From Alphaproteobacteria bacterium (GTDB lineage: Bacteria; Pseudomonadota; Alphaproteobacteria; MPNO01; VGEU01): a DNA stretch of 64,000 bases. The stretch covers positions 127,237 through 191,236 of the forward strand of contig VGEU01000001.1 in NCBI GenBank assembly GCA_016869145.1. Direction: 5' to 3'. The position numbers and the translations under genes were made by a program. Positions 40,165-48,230 of this stretch are shown here, piece by piece. The notes under the pieces were generated by a model. The model did no database searches. It was not told the origin of the DNA and saw only the letters and a list, made by a program, of their open reading frames with translations. The first letter of the stretch is position 1, and each line of letters opens with the position of its first letter.

Positions 40165-40929
40165 GTGAAACGCGAGCACGTCTACGCGACCCTCGTCTGC
40201 GTCGCGTTCTTCGTGGTCTGGGAGATCGGCTGCCGCGTTCTCGCCATCCCGAGCTTCATCCTGCCCGCGCCGAGCCGGGCGATCGCCGCCTTGTGGCATT
40301 GGCACGAGGCGATCTTTGAGCACTCGTTCCAGACCTTCTACACGACGGTTGCCGGGTTCCTGATCGCGATGGTGACGGGGCTCGCGTTCGGCGTCGCGCT
40401 CGGCGCGACGGCGACCGTCTATCGGAGCCTCTATCCCCTACTCGTCGGGTTCAACACGGTGCCCAAGGTGGCGCTGGTGCCGCTTCTCGTGATGTGGTTC
40501 GGGATCGGCACCGTGCCCGCGATCATCACCGCGTTCCTGATCGCGTTCTTCCCGATCATGGTCAATGTCGCGACCGGGATCGCGACCGTCGAGCCCGAGC
40601 TCGCCGACGTTCTGCGCGCGCTCGGCGCACGAAAGCGCGAGATCCTGTGGAAGGTTGGCGTGCCGCGCTCGATGCCCTATTTCTTCGCTTCGCTCAAGAT
40701 CTCGATCACCTTCGCCTTCGTCGGCTCGATCGTCTCCGAGAACGTCGCGGCGAACTCAGGCATCGGGCATCTGATGACCGTCGCCTCGGCCCGGTTCGAG
40801 GTCGACCTCGCCTTCGCCGCCCTTCTCGTCATCGCGGCGATGGGCATCTTCATGTATGGCATCACCGCGATCTTCGAGCGCCGGATGACCGGCTGGTCGA
40901 CGCGCGGCATGGACATGGCGGCCGGCTAG
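40165..40929 (+). CDS. ABC transporter permease (NitT/TauT family)
   Basis: Six TM helices and a permease EAA-like loop; GTG start; no ATPase gene adjacent. Confidence 0.8.
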   Translation: MKREHVYATLVCVAFFVVWEIGCRVLAIPSFILPAPSRAIAALWHWHEAIFEHSFQTFYTTVAGFLIAMVTGLAFGVALGATATVYRSLYPLLVGFNTVPKVALVPLLVMWFGIGTVPAIITAFLIAFFPIMVNVATGIATVEPELADVLRALGARKREILWKVGVPRSMPYFFASLKISITFAFVGSIVSENVAANSGIGHLMTVASARFEVDLAFAALLVIAAMGIFMYGITAIFERRMTGWSTRGMDMAAG

Positions 40930-41015
40930 ACCAAGGCGGCGCGAGCCGGCCGCGCTCGCTTGGCTCCGTGGCCGGGCCGTGCGTCCGACGCGTTCTTTTG
41001 GGATGGGCCTGCACC

Positions 41016-41063
41016 GGGCCTTTGGCACGGGCTTGCGCCGGGCCTTTGGCATGGGCTTGCGCC
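41016..41063. repeat. 24-bp tandem duplication gggcctttggca(c/t)gggcttgcgcc x2 upstream of the mltF-like gene
   Basis: Direct read of the sequence; there is a partial third copy just upstream. Confidence 0.6.
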
Positions 41064-41091
41064 GGCACCCCGGTTGACCCATGGTTCGTTG

Positions 41092-42819
41092 ATGTTCCCA
41101 CGACCGCTCCGCTGCCGGCTCGCCGGCCTCCTCGTCCTCTTCGCCATCGCCGCAACCGCCACCGCCGCGCCGGTCCGGGCCCAGGGTGCCGCAGAGGTGC
41201 CGGACGAGGCGGAGCTTCAGGGCGAGGAGCTGATCGCGGCCGCCGCGGAGAGCCTCGACGGCGATCTCCCGGCGATCCGGGCGCGCAACCGCATCCGCTT
41301 CCTCGTCTCCTACACCAAGACGAATTTCGTCTTCGCCGACGGCGCGCTCCGCGGCTTCGAGCACGATCTCGCGAAGCAATACGTCGAATGGCTCGACCGG
41401 TCGCGCCCGCGCGGCACGCCGCCCTTGTCGGTCGTGTTCATCCCGGTCGCCTTCGACGAGCTGATCCCCGCGCTCCGCGCCGGCCGCGGCGACATCATCG
41501 CCGCCAACATGACGGCCACGCCCGCCCGCGCCGCCCTGGTTGGGTTTGCCGCCCCCTATATCGACAATGTGCGCGAGGTCGTGGTGACGACCCGCGACCA
41601 TCCGCCGATCACGAGCCTCGATGCGCTCGCCGACGAGCCGATCGTGGTGCTGCGCGGCTCGAGCTTCGCCGAGCAACTGCGGGCCATCAACGACGATCGC
41701 CGCCGCGCCGGCAAGAAGCCGATCGAGGTCGTCGAGGCGGAGCCAAGCCTGCAGACCGAGGATCTCCTCGAGCTGGTGAGCGCGGGCGTCATCCGCCGCA
41801 CCGTCGCCGACGACCACATCGCCGACGTGTGGGCGGAAGTGCTTCCCAATCTCGCGATCCAGAACGACGTCGCGATCGCCGAGGGCCGGCGCATCGCCTG
41901 GGCGGTGCGGAGCGAGAACACCGCACTCCGCGAGTCGATCAGCGCCTTCGTTGCGACCACCGAGGGGCGCCGGTCGACGGATCGGCGGCGGCTGTTCGCG
42001 AGCTACTATGCCAACACGCGCTGGGTGAAGAACCCGTTCGAGGCGGAGGTCTCGGGCCGCACGCTCGGGCTGATCCGGCATTTCCGCGAGGTCGCGGACC
42101 GGCATCGCTGGGACTGGCTTCTCCTGTTGGCGCAAGGGTTCCAGGAATCCGGGCTCGATCCGGCGGCGCGGAGCCCGGCCGGCGCGGTCGGGATCATGCA
42201 GCTCATGCCGGCGACAGGCGCCGAGCTCGGCGTGCGCAACCTCCTCGATCCGGCCGAGAACATCAGTGGCGGCGGGCGCTATCTCGACCGGCTGCGCAGC
42301 ACCTATTTCAACGACCCCGCGATCGGCGAGACCGATCGGCTCCTGTTCGCGCTCGCGGCCTATAACGCGGGACCGGGCCGGGTCGCCTAGCTTCGCGCGC
42401 TCGCGCAGGCGCGCGGCAACGATCCGAACAAATGGTTCCGTCAGGTCGAGCTCGTCGCGCTCGGTAGCGGGCTCTCCGAGACGGTCCGCTATGTCGGCAA
42501 CATCAACCAGTATTATGTCGCCTACCGGCTCGCCGAGGAGGCGCTCATTCTGCGCCGGCAGCGCGAGGACGCGCTCCTCGGCGCCGGCACCCGGCCCGGC
42601 AGCCCGCGCGCGATCGACGGGGATTCCATTCTTCTGCCGTCGGGCGAGATCGTCCGACTCGTCGACATCGACACGCCCGAGCTCGACTGCCGCTGCCTCA
42701 AGGAATGCGATCTCGCCCGCCGCGCCCACGCCTTCACCCAGGCGCGGGTCGATCTCGGCCTCGGCGCTGTGACGCCGGTCGGCAAGGACCGTTACGGCCG
42801 TTCGCTCGTCCGTATCTAG
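41092..42819 (+). pseudogene. MltF-like lytic transglycosylase (SBP_bac_3 + SLT domains) fused to a C-terminal SNase/thermonuclease-like domain, with an in-frame TAG at 42388-42390
   Basis: Signal peptide MFPRPLRCRLAGLLVLFAIAATATA; SLT catalytic region (LLLAQGFQESGLDP...AAYNAGPGRVA). Translation continues in frame across the TAG into the conserved distal SLT region (*LRALAQARGNDPNKWFRQVELVALG...YVGNINQYYVAYRL). It then runs with no stop and no plausible internal start into an SNase domain (IDGDSILLPSGEIVRLVDIDTPE...GKDRYGRSLVRI), ending at TAG 42817-42819. Downstream of that TAG the frame still looks SNase-like (AGGEDLARSLVRA) until TAA at 42931-42933. Confidence 0.7.
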
Positions 42820-42859
42820 GCCGGCGGCGAAGACCTCGCGCGGAGTCTCGTGCGCGCCC

Positions 42860-42901
42860 GGCATCCCTCTCCGCGTCGCCGGCGGCGCGGAGAGGGATGC
42901 C
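42860..42901. repeat. perfect 16-bp inverted repeat ggcatccctctccgcg / cgcggagagggatgcc with a 10-nt loop
   Basis: Direct read; a strong GC hairpin followed by a 130-bp AT-rich stretch. Confidence 0.7.
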
Positions 42902-42904
42902 CCG

Positions 42905-43047
42905 ATCGGCGTGTTCACCAATATTGTTAAGTGAACGGAAATATTTATTGACCTGATCCGAAGAAATATCGTTAACGACACCTTACCGAACCGATCGAAT
43001 TCTATTAAATTGCCGCGCATTGACATCGTTCGTCAGGAGTGCGTGTC
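42905..43047 (+). promoter_or_regulatory. AT-rich island with several sigma70-like hexamers upstream of the flp pilin gene
   Basis: ttgacc (42948-42953) and ttgaca (about 43020); TTAA/GTTAAC half-sites; GC content is far below the 70% background. Confidence 0.35.
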
Positions 43048-43236
43048 ATGCGTGGTTTCTTCGTCGAGCTTCTCGCCGACGAAACGGGCGCCTCGGCCGT
43101 CGAGTACGGGCTGATCGCCGCCCTCGTCTCGGTCGCCGCCGCGGCGTCGTTCGAGAGCATCGGGACCTCGCTCTCGGCGATGTTCGGTTCGGTGTCGTCG
43201 GCGATCCAGGACGCCTACGCCGTTCTGTCGACCTGA
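43048..43236 (+). CDS. flp: Flp family type IVb pilin
   Basis: MRGFFVELLADETGASAVEYGLIAALVSVAA is the classic Flp prepilin leader plus hydrophobic core; 62 aa. Confidence 0.8.
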   Translation: MRGFFVELLADETGASAVEYGLIAALVSVAAAASFESIGTSLSAMFGSVSSAIQDAYAVLST

Positions 43237-43309
43237 ATTCGGCGCGGCCGGGGCCGTTGCAGGCTCCCGGCGCGCGTTTCCCCGCTCGAGGTTCCCAGCT
43301 GGAACGTCG

Positions 43310-44044
43310 TCATCGACCCGCGGCGTAGCGGACGGAGGGCGCGGCCGCGATCTCGCGGATCATCTTGCGCCGGAGCGCCTGGGTGAAGTCCTCCCGCCTC
43401 TGGGCGACCTCGACGAACGCACCCGGTCCGCCGATCACGTCGCGTTCGTAGTATTCAGCGAGCCATGGCCGCCCCGCCGGGCCGAGGCGCGCATCCTCTA
43501 TGATCGCGAGCGCGTTGACCGTGATCCCGGCGGCGACCGCCGCATCGCGCGCGATCGGCGCCGGCCGCAGGCTCCGGTTGTCGCGGTTGTCGCCCGAGAT
43601 GTCGATCACGCGCCGCGTCGGCTGGCATGGGCAGGCCGCGATCAGCGCCGCGGCGTGGTCGATCGCATCGCCGATGGCGTTGTAGCTCTGCGGGCTCCGC
43701 GGCGCGGCGAGAACCGCGTCGGCGAAGGCGCGCGCCGAGGGGACATCGGATACGATCATCCACGCAACGACGGTCGCCACCATGCGCGGTCCGCCCCATT
43801 CCACATAGGCGAAGGCGGTCCGCTGCAGCGGCTGGGCGCGGATCGCACCGACGATCTCGGGCGCCGTCACGGCTTGCGCGATGCCCTCCTTCTGGAGCGC
43901 GAACTCGCCGGCATCGATGCTGCCGGAGGCATCGACCGCGAGGACGAGTGCGGTGTCGACGGGGACTTGCGCCGCTGCCGGAGGGGCGGCCGTGGCGGCG
44001 AGCCCCGTCGCGACGACGGCGGCCAAGACGAGCGGGCGGATCAT
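43310..44044 (-). CDS. DUF1194 domain protein (vWA-like), secreted
   Basis: Signal peptide MIRPLVLAAVVATGLAATAAPPAAAQ; vWA-like LVLAVDASGSID motif. The ORF's upstream extension overlaps the tRNA and was rejected. Confidence 0.7.
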   Translation of the reverse strand: MIRPLVLAAVVATGLAATAAPPAAAQVPVDTALVLAVDASGSIDAGEFALQKEGIAQAVTAPEIVGAIRAQPLQRTAFAYVEWGGPRMVATVVAWMIVSDVPSARAFADAVLAAPRSPQSYNAIGDAIDHAAALIAACPCQPTRRVIDISGDNRDNRSLRPAPIARDAAVAAGITVNALAIIEDARLGPAGRPWLAEYYERDVIGGPGAFVEVAQRREDFTQALRRKMIREIAAAPSVRYAAGR

Positions 44045-44091
44045 GGATGGTCCTTCTCGGCGACGGGCGACGGGCGCCACCCGCGCCGCCA

Positions 44092-44166
44092 TGGTGAGCC
44101 CGGTGGGGATCGAACCCACGACCACCTGATTAAAAGTCAGATGCTCTACCGCTGAGCTACGGGCTC
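44092..44166 (-). tRNA. tRNA-Lys (anticodon UUU), CCA encoded
   Basis: Cloverleaf reads GAGCCCG-TA-GCTC-AGCGGTA-GAGC-A-TCTGA-CTTTTAA-TCAGG-TGGTC-GTGGG-TTCGATC-CCCAC-CGGGCTC-A-CCA. Acceptor stem is 7/7 paired; the anticodon loop CUUUUAA gives UUU. Confidence 0.9.
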
Positions 44167-44239
44167 GTGCCGGGGCGGTTGACCAGTTATCGCGCTTTCC
44201 CCCCCCGCGGGGCAAGCGCGGCCAGCGCAGCTAGCGCGG

Positions 44240-44743
44240 CTAGTGCTGCTTGCAACGCTCGACCAGGCGCTTGGCCATCCGCTCGCTCACGAACGGCCCG
44301 ATATCGCCGCCGAGGACCGCGATCTCCTTGACCAGGCGCGAGGCGATGAACTGGAACTTGTCGGAGGCCATGAGGCAGACCGTCTCGACATTGGGGTTGA
44401 GCTTCGCGTTCATGCTCGACATCTGGAACTCGTAGTCGAAGTCCGAGACCGCCCGGAGGCCGCGGACGATCACCGTCGCGCCGAGCTGCTCGGCGAAGTG
44501 CATGAGGAGATTGTCGAAGCTCTTGACGTCGATCCGCCGGGCGAGCGGCTTCGGCAGCGAGGCGACCTCCTCGCGGACATGGGCGAGCCGCTCCTCGACC
44601 GTGAACAGCGGCCCCTTGCCCGCGTTCACCGCGACACCGACCACCAGCCGGTCCATCACCTTCGCGCCGCGCTGGATGATGTCGAGATGCCCGTAGGTGA
44701 TCGGGTCGAACGTGCCGGGATAGAGCCCGATCCGCTCCGCCAT
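44240..44743 (-). CDS. coaD: phosphopantetheine adenylyltransferase
   Basis: GTFDPITYGHLDII nucleotidyltransferase motif; start taken at MAERIGLY. Confidence 0.85.
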   Translation of the reverse strand: MAERIGLYPGTFDPITYGHLDIIQRGAKVMDRLVVGVAVNAGKGPLFTVEERLAHVREEVASLPKPLARRIDVKSFDNLLMHFAEQLGATVIVRGLRAVSDFDYEFQMSSMNAKLNPNVETVCLMASDKFQFIASRLVKEIAVLGGDIGPFVSERMAKRLVERCKQH

Positions 44744-44781
44744 GTTCGTCTCCACTCGCTCGGCACTCGGCCGCGCGCAAC

Positions 44782-47532
44782 CTAGCCGTTCGGCGCGGCC
44801 GCGTCACCCGCGCCGTTGGCCCCGGCGTGCCCGTCCGGACGGCGATCCTCGTCGTCCTCGAGATGGGCGACCGAGACCACGCGCTCGCCCTCGCCGGTCT
44901 TGAACACGATCACGCCCTGGGTGCGCCGGCCGGCGATGCGGATGCCGGCCACCGGGCAGCGGATGACCTGGCCGCCGTCGGTGACCAGGACGATCTGGTC
45001 GGGCTCGCGGACCGGGAAGGTCGCAGCGACCGCGCCATTGCGGTCATTGACCTCGATATTGCCGACGCCTTGGCCGCCGCGGCCGGTGACCCGGTACTCA
45101 TAGGCCGAGCTCCGCTTGCCGAAACCGTTCTCGGTGACGGCGAGGATGAACTCCTCCCGCGCCGCCCAGACCGCGCCCTCGTCATCGGTGAGATCGCGAC
45201 CGCCGCCGGCCTCGGCCGCCTCGGGCTCGACCGTCTCGGCGCCCTCGCCGCCGCCATTGGCGCGGCGGCGCGCCGACGACCAGCGCAGATACGCCTCACG
45301 CGTCTCGGTGTCGATCTCGACATGGCCGATCATCGACATCGAGATCACCTCGTCGCCGTCGGCGAGGTTGATGCCGCGGACACCAGTCGAGGTACGGCCG
45401 GAAAAGACGCGAACGTCGGTGACCGGGAAACGGATGCACTTCCCGCTCCGCGTCGCGAGCAGGACATCCTGATCCTCGCGGCAGGTCGCGGTGCCGACGA
45501 GACGGTCGCCCTCGTCGAGCTTCATGGCGATCTTGCCGTTCGCCATCACGCTCGTGAAATCGGAGAGCGCATTGCGCCGGACGCCACCGCTCGCGGTCGC
45601 GAACATGATGTAGAGCGCGTCCCAGGACGCCTCGTCCTCGGGCATCGGCATGATGGTCGTGATCATCTCGCCGGCCTCGAGCGGCAGGAGGTTGACGAGC
45701 GCCTTGCCGCGCGCCTGCGGCGGCCCTTCGGGCAGGCGATAGACCTTCGCCTTGTAGACGATGCCGCGCGTGGAGAAGAAGAGGACCGGTGTGTGGGTGT
45801 TGCAGACGAAGACCCGGCTGACGAAGTCCTCCTCGCGCGTCGCCATGCCGGCGCGGCCCTTGCCGCCGCGCTGCTGGAGGCGATAGGTCGAGAGCGCGGT
45901 GCGCTTGATGTAGCCGCCATGGGTGATCGTGACAACCATGTCCTCGCGCTGGATCAGGTCCTCGACGTCCTGCTCGTCCTCCTGCTCCTCGAGGGCTGTC
46001 CGGCGCGGCGTGCCGTAACGCGCCTTGGTCTCGACGAGCTCGCCGCGCATGATCGCGAACACGCGCACGCGCGAGCCGAGAATGTCGAGAAAGTCCCGGA
46101 TCTGGTCGGCGAGACCGGCGAGCTCCTCGGCGATCTTGTCGCGCTCGAGGGCGGTGAGCCGTTGCAGGCGGAGCTCGAGAATGGCGCGCGCCTGCGCCTC
46201 CGACAGGCGATAGGTGCCATCGACGACCTGGTGGCCGGGCTCGTCGATCAGGGCGATCAACGGCGCGACGTCGCCGGCCGGCCACGGCGTCGTCATCAGC
46301 TCGGCCCGCGCCGCGGCTGGATCGGACGCGCGGCGGATCAACGCGATCACTGCATCGATGTTGGCGACGGCGATCGCGAGCCCGACGAGGACGTGGGCGC
46401 GCGTCCGCGCCTCACGGAGGTCATAGATCGTGCGGCGGCGGATGACCTCCTCGCGGAAGTCGATGAACGCGCGGATGATGTCGCGGAGCGTCATCATCTC
46501 GGGCTTGCCGCGGTTGAGCGCGAGCGCGTTGATCCCGAAGGTGGTCTGGAGCGGCGTGAAGCGGTAGAGCTGGTTCAGCACCACCTCGGCCATCGCGTCG
46601 CGCTTGAGCTCGATCACGACGCGGACGCCATCGCGGTCGCTCTCGTCGCGCAAATCCGCGATCCCCTCGATCCGCTTCTCCCGCACCATCTCGGCGATGC
46701 GCTCGATCATGCGCGCCTTGTTGACCTGGAACGGGATCTCGGTGACGACGATCGCCTCGCGATCCTTGCGGATCTCCTCGATCGTCGCGCGGCCGCGCAC
46801 CACGACCGAGCCGCGCCCGAGATGGTAGCCGGCGCGGATGCCCGATCGGCCGAGGATGATGCCGCCGGTCGGGAAATCGGGCCCCGGGATATGGGCCATC
46901 AGGCCCTCGACCGAGACCTCCGGGTCGTCGATCATCGCGCAGCACGCGTCGACGACCTCGCCGAGATTGTGGGTCGGGATGTTGGTCGCCATGCCGACGG
47001 CGATGCCACCGGCGCCGTTGACGAGCAGGTTCGGGAACTGGGCCGGCAGGACGACCGGCTCCTCCGTCGTCTCGTCGTAGTTGGGCTGGAAGTCGACCGT
47101 CTCGCGGTCGATGTCCTCGATCAGGTCGTGTGCCGCGCGCGACAGCCGCGCCTCGGTGTAGCGCATCGCCGCCGGCGGGTCGCCGTCCATCGAGCCGAAA
47201 TTGCCCTGGCCATCGATCAGCGGCAGGCGCATCGAGAAGTTTTGCGCCATGCGGACCATGGCGTCGTAGATCGCCGCGTCGCCATGCGGATGATAGGTGC
47301 CCATCACGTCGCCGACGATGCGCGCCGACTTGCGGTAGGGGCGGTTCCAGTCGTAACCGCCGACCTTCATCGTGTAGAGGATGCGCCGGTGCACCGGCTT
47401 GAGACCGTCGCGCACGTCGGGGAGCGCCCGGCTCACGATCACGCTCATCGCGTAATCGAGATACGAGCGCTTCATCTCCTCTTCGAGGCTGACCGGCGTG
47501 ATGTCGGAGGGGAGCGGTGCGGTCGTGTTCAA
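44782..47532 (-). CDS. gyrA: DNA gyrase subunit A
   Basis: 916 aa; the quinolone-resistance-determining region ([17 protein letters not shown]) and active-site Tyr context match GyrA; full-length and intact. Confidence 0.95.
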   Translation of the reverse strand: MNTTAPLPSDITPVSLEEEMKRSYLDYAMSVIVSRALPDVRDGLKPVHRRILYTMKVGGYDWNRPYRKSARIVGDVMGTYHPHGDAAIYDAMVRMAQNFSMRLPLIDGQGNFGSMDGDPPAAMRYTEARLSRAAHDLIEDIDRETVDFQPNYDETTEEPVVLPAQFPNLLVNGAGGIAVGMATNIPTHNLGEVVDACCAMIDDPEVSVEGLMAHIPGPDFPTGGIILGRSGIRAGYHLGRGSVVVRGRATIEEIRKDREAIVVTEIPFQVNKARMIERIAEMVREKRIEGIADLRDESDRDGVRVVIELKRDAMAEVVLNQLYRFTPLQTTFGINALALNRGKPEMMTLRDIIRAFIDFREEVIRRRTIYDLREARTRAHVLVGLAIAVANIDAVIALIRRASDPAAARAELMTTPWPAGDVAPLIALIDEPGHQVVDGTYRLSEAQARAILELRLQRLTALERDKIAEELAGLADQIRDFLDILGSRVRVFAIMRGELVETKARYGTPRRTALEEQEDEQDVEDLIQREDMVVTITHGGYIKRTALSTYRLQQRGGKGRAGMATREEDFVSRVFVCNTHTPVLFFSTRGIVYKAKVYRLPEGPPQARGKALVNLLPLEAGEMITTIMPMPEDEASWDALYIMFATASGGVRRNALSDFTSVMANGKIAMKLDEGDRLVGTATCREDQDVLLATRSGKCIRFPVTDVRVFSGRTSTGVRGINLADGDEVISMSMIGHVEIDTETREAYLRWSSARRRANGGGEGAETVEPEAAEAGGGRDLTDDEGAVWAAREEFILAVTENGFGKRSSAYEYRVTGRGGQGVGNIEVNDRNGAVAATFPVREPDQIVLVTDGGQVIRCPVAGIRIAGRRTQGVIVFKTGEGERVVSVAHLEDDEDRRPDGHAGANGAGDAAAPNG

Positions 47533-47678
47533 GTCTTCGCCCGATCAGGGGACAGGGCCGCCGCTGGCCTTGCGTGCGGGCCGCGGCGAGACCTCGAAGT
47601 GTACCCCACACCCCCGAGTCGCACAACGATGGTCGGGGTTCGCCGCTAGGCGTTAACTATTTGATCTAAAAAGAGAAA

Positions 47679-48170
47679 TCAGAACGGGATCTCGTCGTCG
47701 AGATTGCTCCCGCGGCCGCCACCGCCGCGCTCGCCGCGCCCTCCGCCGGAGCCCCCCGAGGAGCCCCCCGAGGCGCTATCGTCGGACGGGCCGTAGTCGC
47801 CGCCGCCGCCACCCTCGCCGCGCCCGTCGAGCATCGTGAGCTCGCCGCGGAACTTGCTCAGCACCACCTCGGTCGAGTAGCGCTCCTGGCCCTGCTGATC
47901 GGTCCACTTGCGGGTCTGGAGCTGGCCCTCGAGATAGACCTTGGAGCCCTTGCGCAGGAATTTCTGCGCCACCTCGCCGAGCCGGTCGTTGAAGATCACG
48001 ACACGGTGCCACTCGGTGCGCTCCTTGCGCTCGCCCGAGGCGCGATCCCGCCACGTCTCCGACGTCGCGACGGAGAGGTTGACGACCGGCGAGCCGTCCT
48101 GGGTATGGCGCACCTCCGGATCGCGGCCGAGATTGCCGACCAGGATCACCTTGTTGACGCTGCCTGCCAT
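47679..48170 (-). CDS. ssb: single-stranded DNA-binding protein
   Basis: OB-fold N-terminus ([16 protein letters not shown]), Gly-rich linker and acidic tail DDEIPF. Confidence 0.9.
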   Translation of the reverse strand: MAGSVNKVILVGNLGRDPEVRHTQDGSPVVNLSVATSETWRDRASGERKERTEWHRVVIFNDRLGEVAQKFLRKGSKVYLEGQLQTRKWTDQQGQERYSTEVVLSKFRGELTMLDGRGEGGGGGDYGPSDDSASGGSSGGSGGGRGERGGGGRGSNLDDEIPF

Positions 48171-48230
48171 GATCCCCGCCTCCCCAACTATGCGCGCGCC
48201 ATTGTAGCGCGCAGGCCCGCCGCGGCAAGG

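Noticed and set aside
41016-41063. sigma54 promoters within the 24-bp repeats
   Set aside because: TGGCAC and TTGC elements are present, but the GG-to-GC spacing is one nucleotide short of the canonical 10 nt, so this is not supportable without a PWM scan.
42905-43047. CtrA box upstream of flp
   Set aside because: Only TTAA/GTTAAC half-sites are found; no complete TTAA-N7-TTAAC.
44092-44166. tRNA as a candidate amber suppressor explaining the in-frame TAGs
   Set aside because: The anticodon loop reads CUUUUAA, which is a standard tRNA-Lys(UUU), not CUA.
43310-44215. Full 301-aa ORF for the DUF1194 gene
   Set aside because: Its N-terminal 57 codons are antisense to the tRNA-Lys (they give the tell-tale GSIPTGL peptide). 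The real start is the Met at 44044, which is followed by a signal peptide.
44167-44239. ccccccccgcgggg and gcgcggc(c/t)ag repeats between tRNA-Lys and coaD
   Set aside because: Short, low-complexity GC palindromes; no stable stem plus T-run and no clear function.
47533-47678. Terminator or regulatory element between ssb and gyrA
   Set aside because: A T-rich stretch follows the ssb stop, but no stable preceding hairpin was found.
47679-48170. Low-complexity Gly/Ser repeats at the 3' end of ssb as a DNA repeat feature
   Set aside because: This is the normal glycine-rich linker of SSB proteins, encoded by degenerate GGC/GGG codons.
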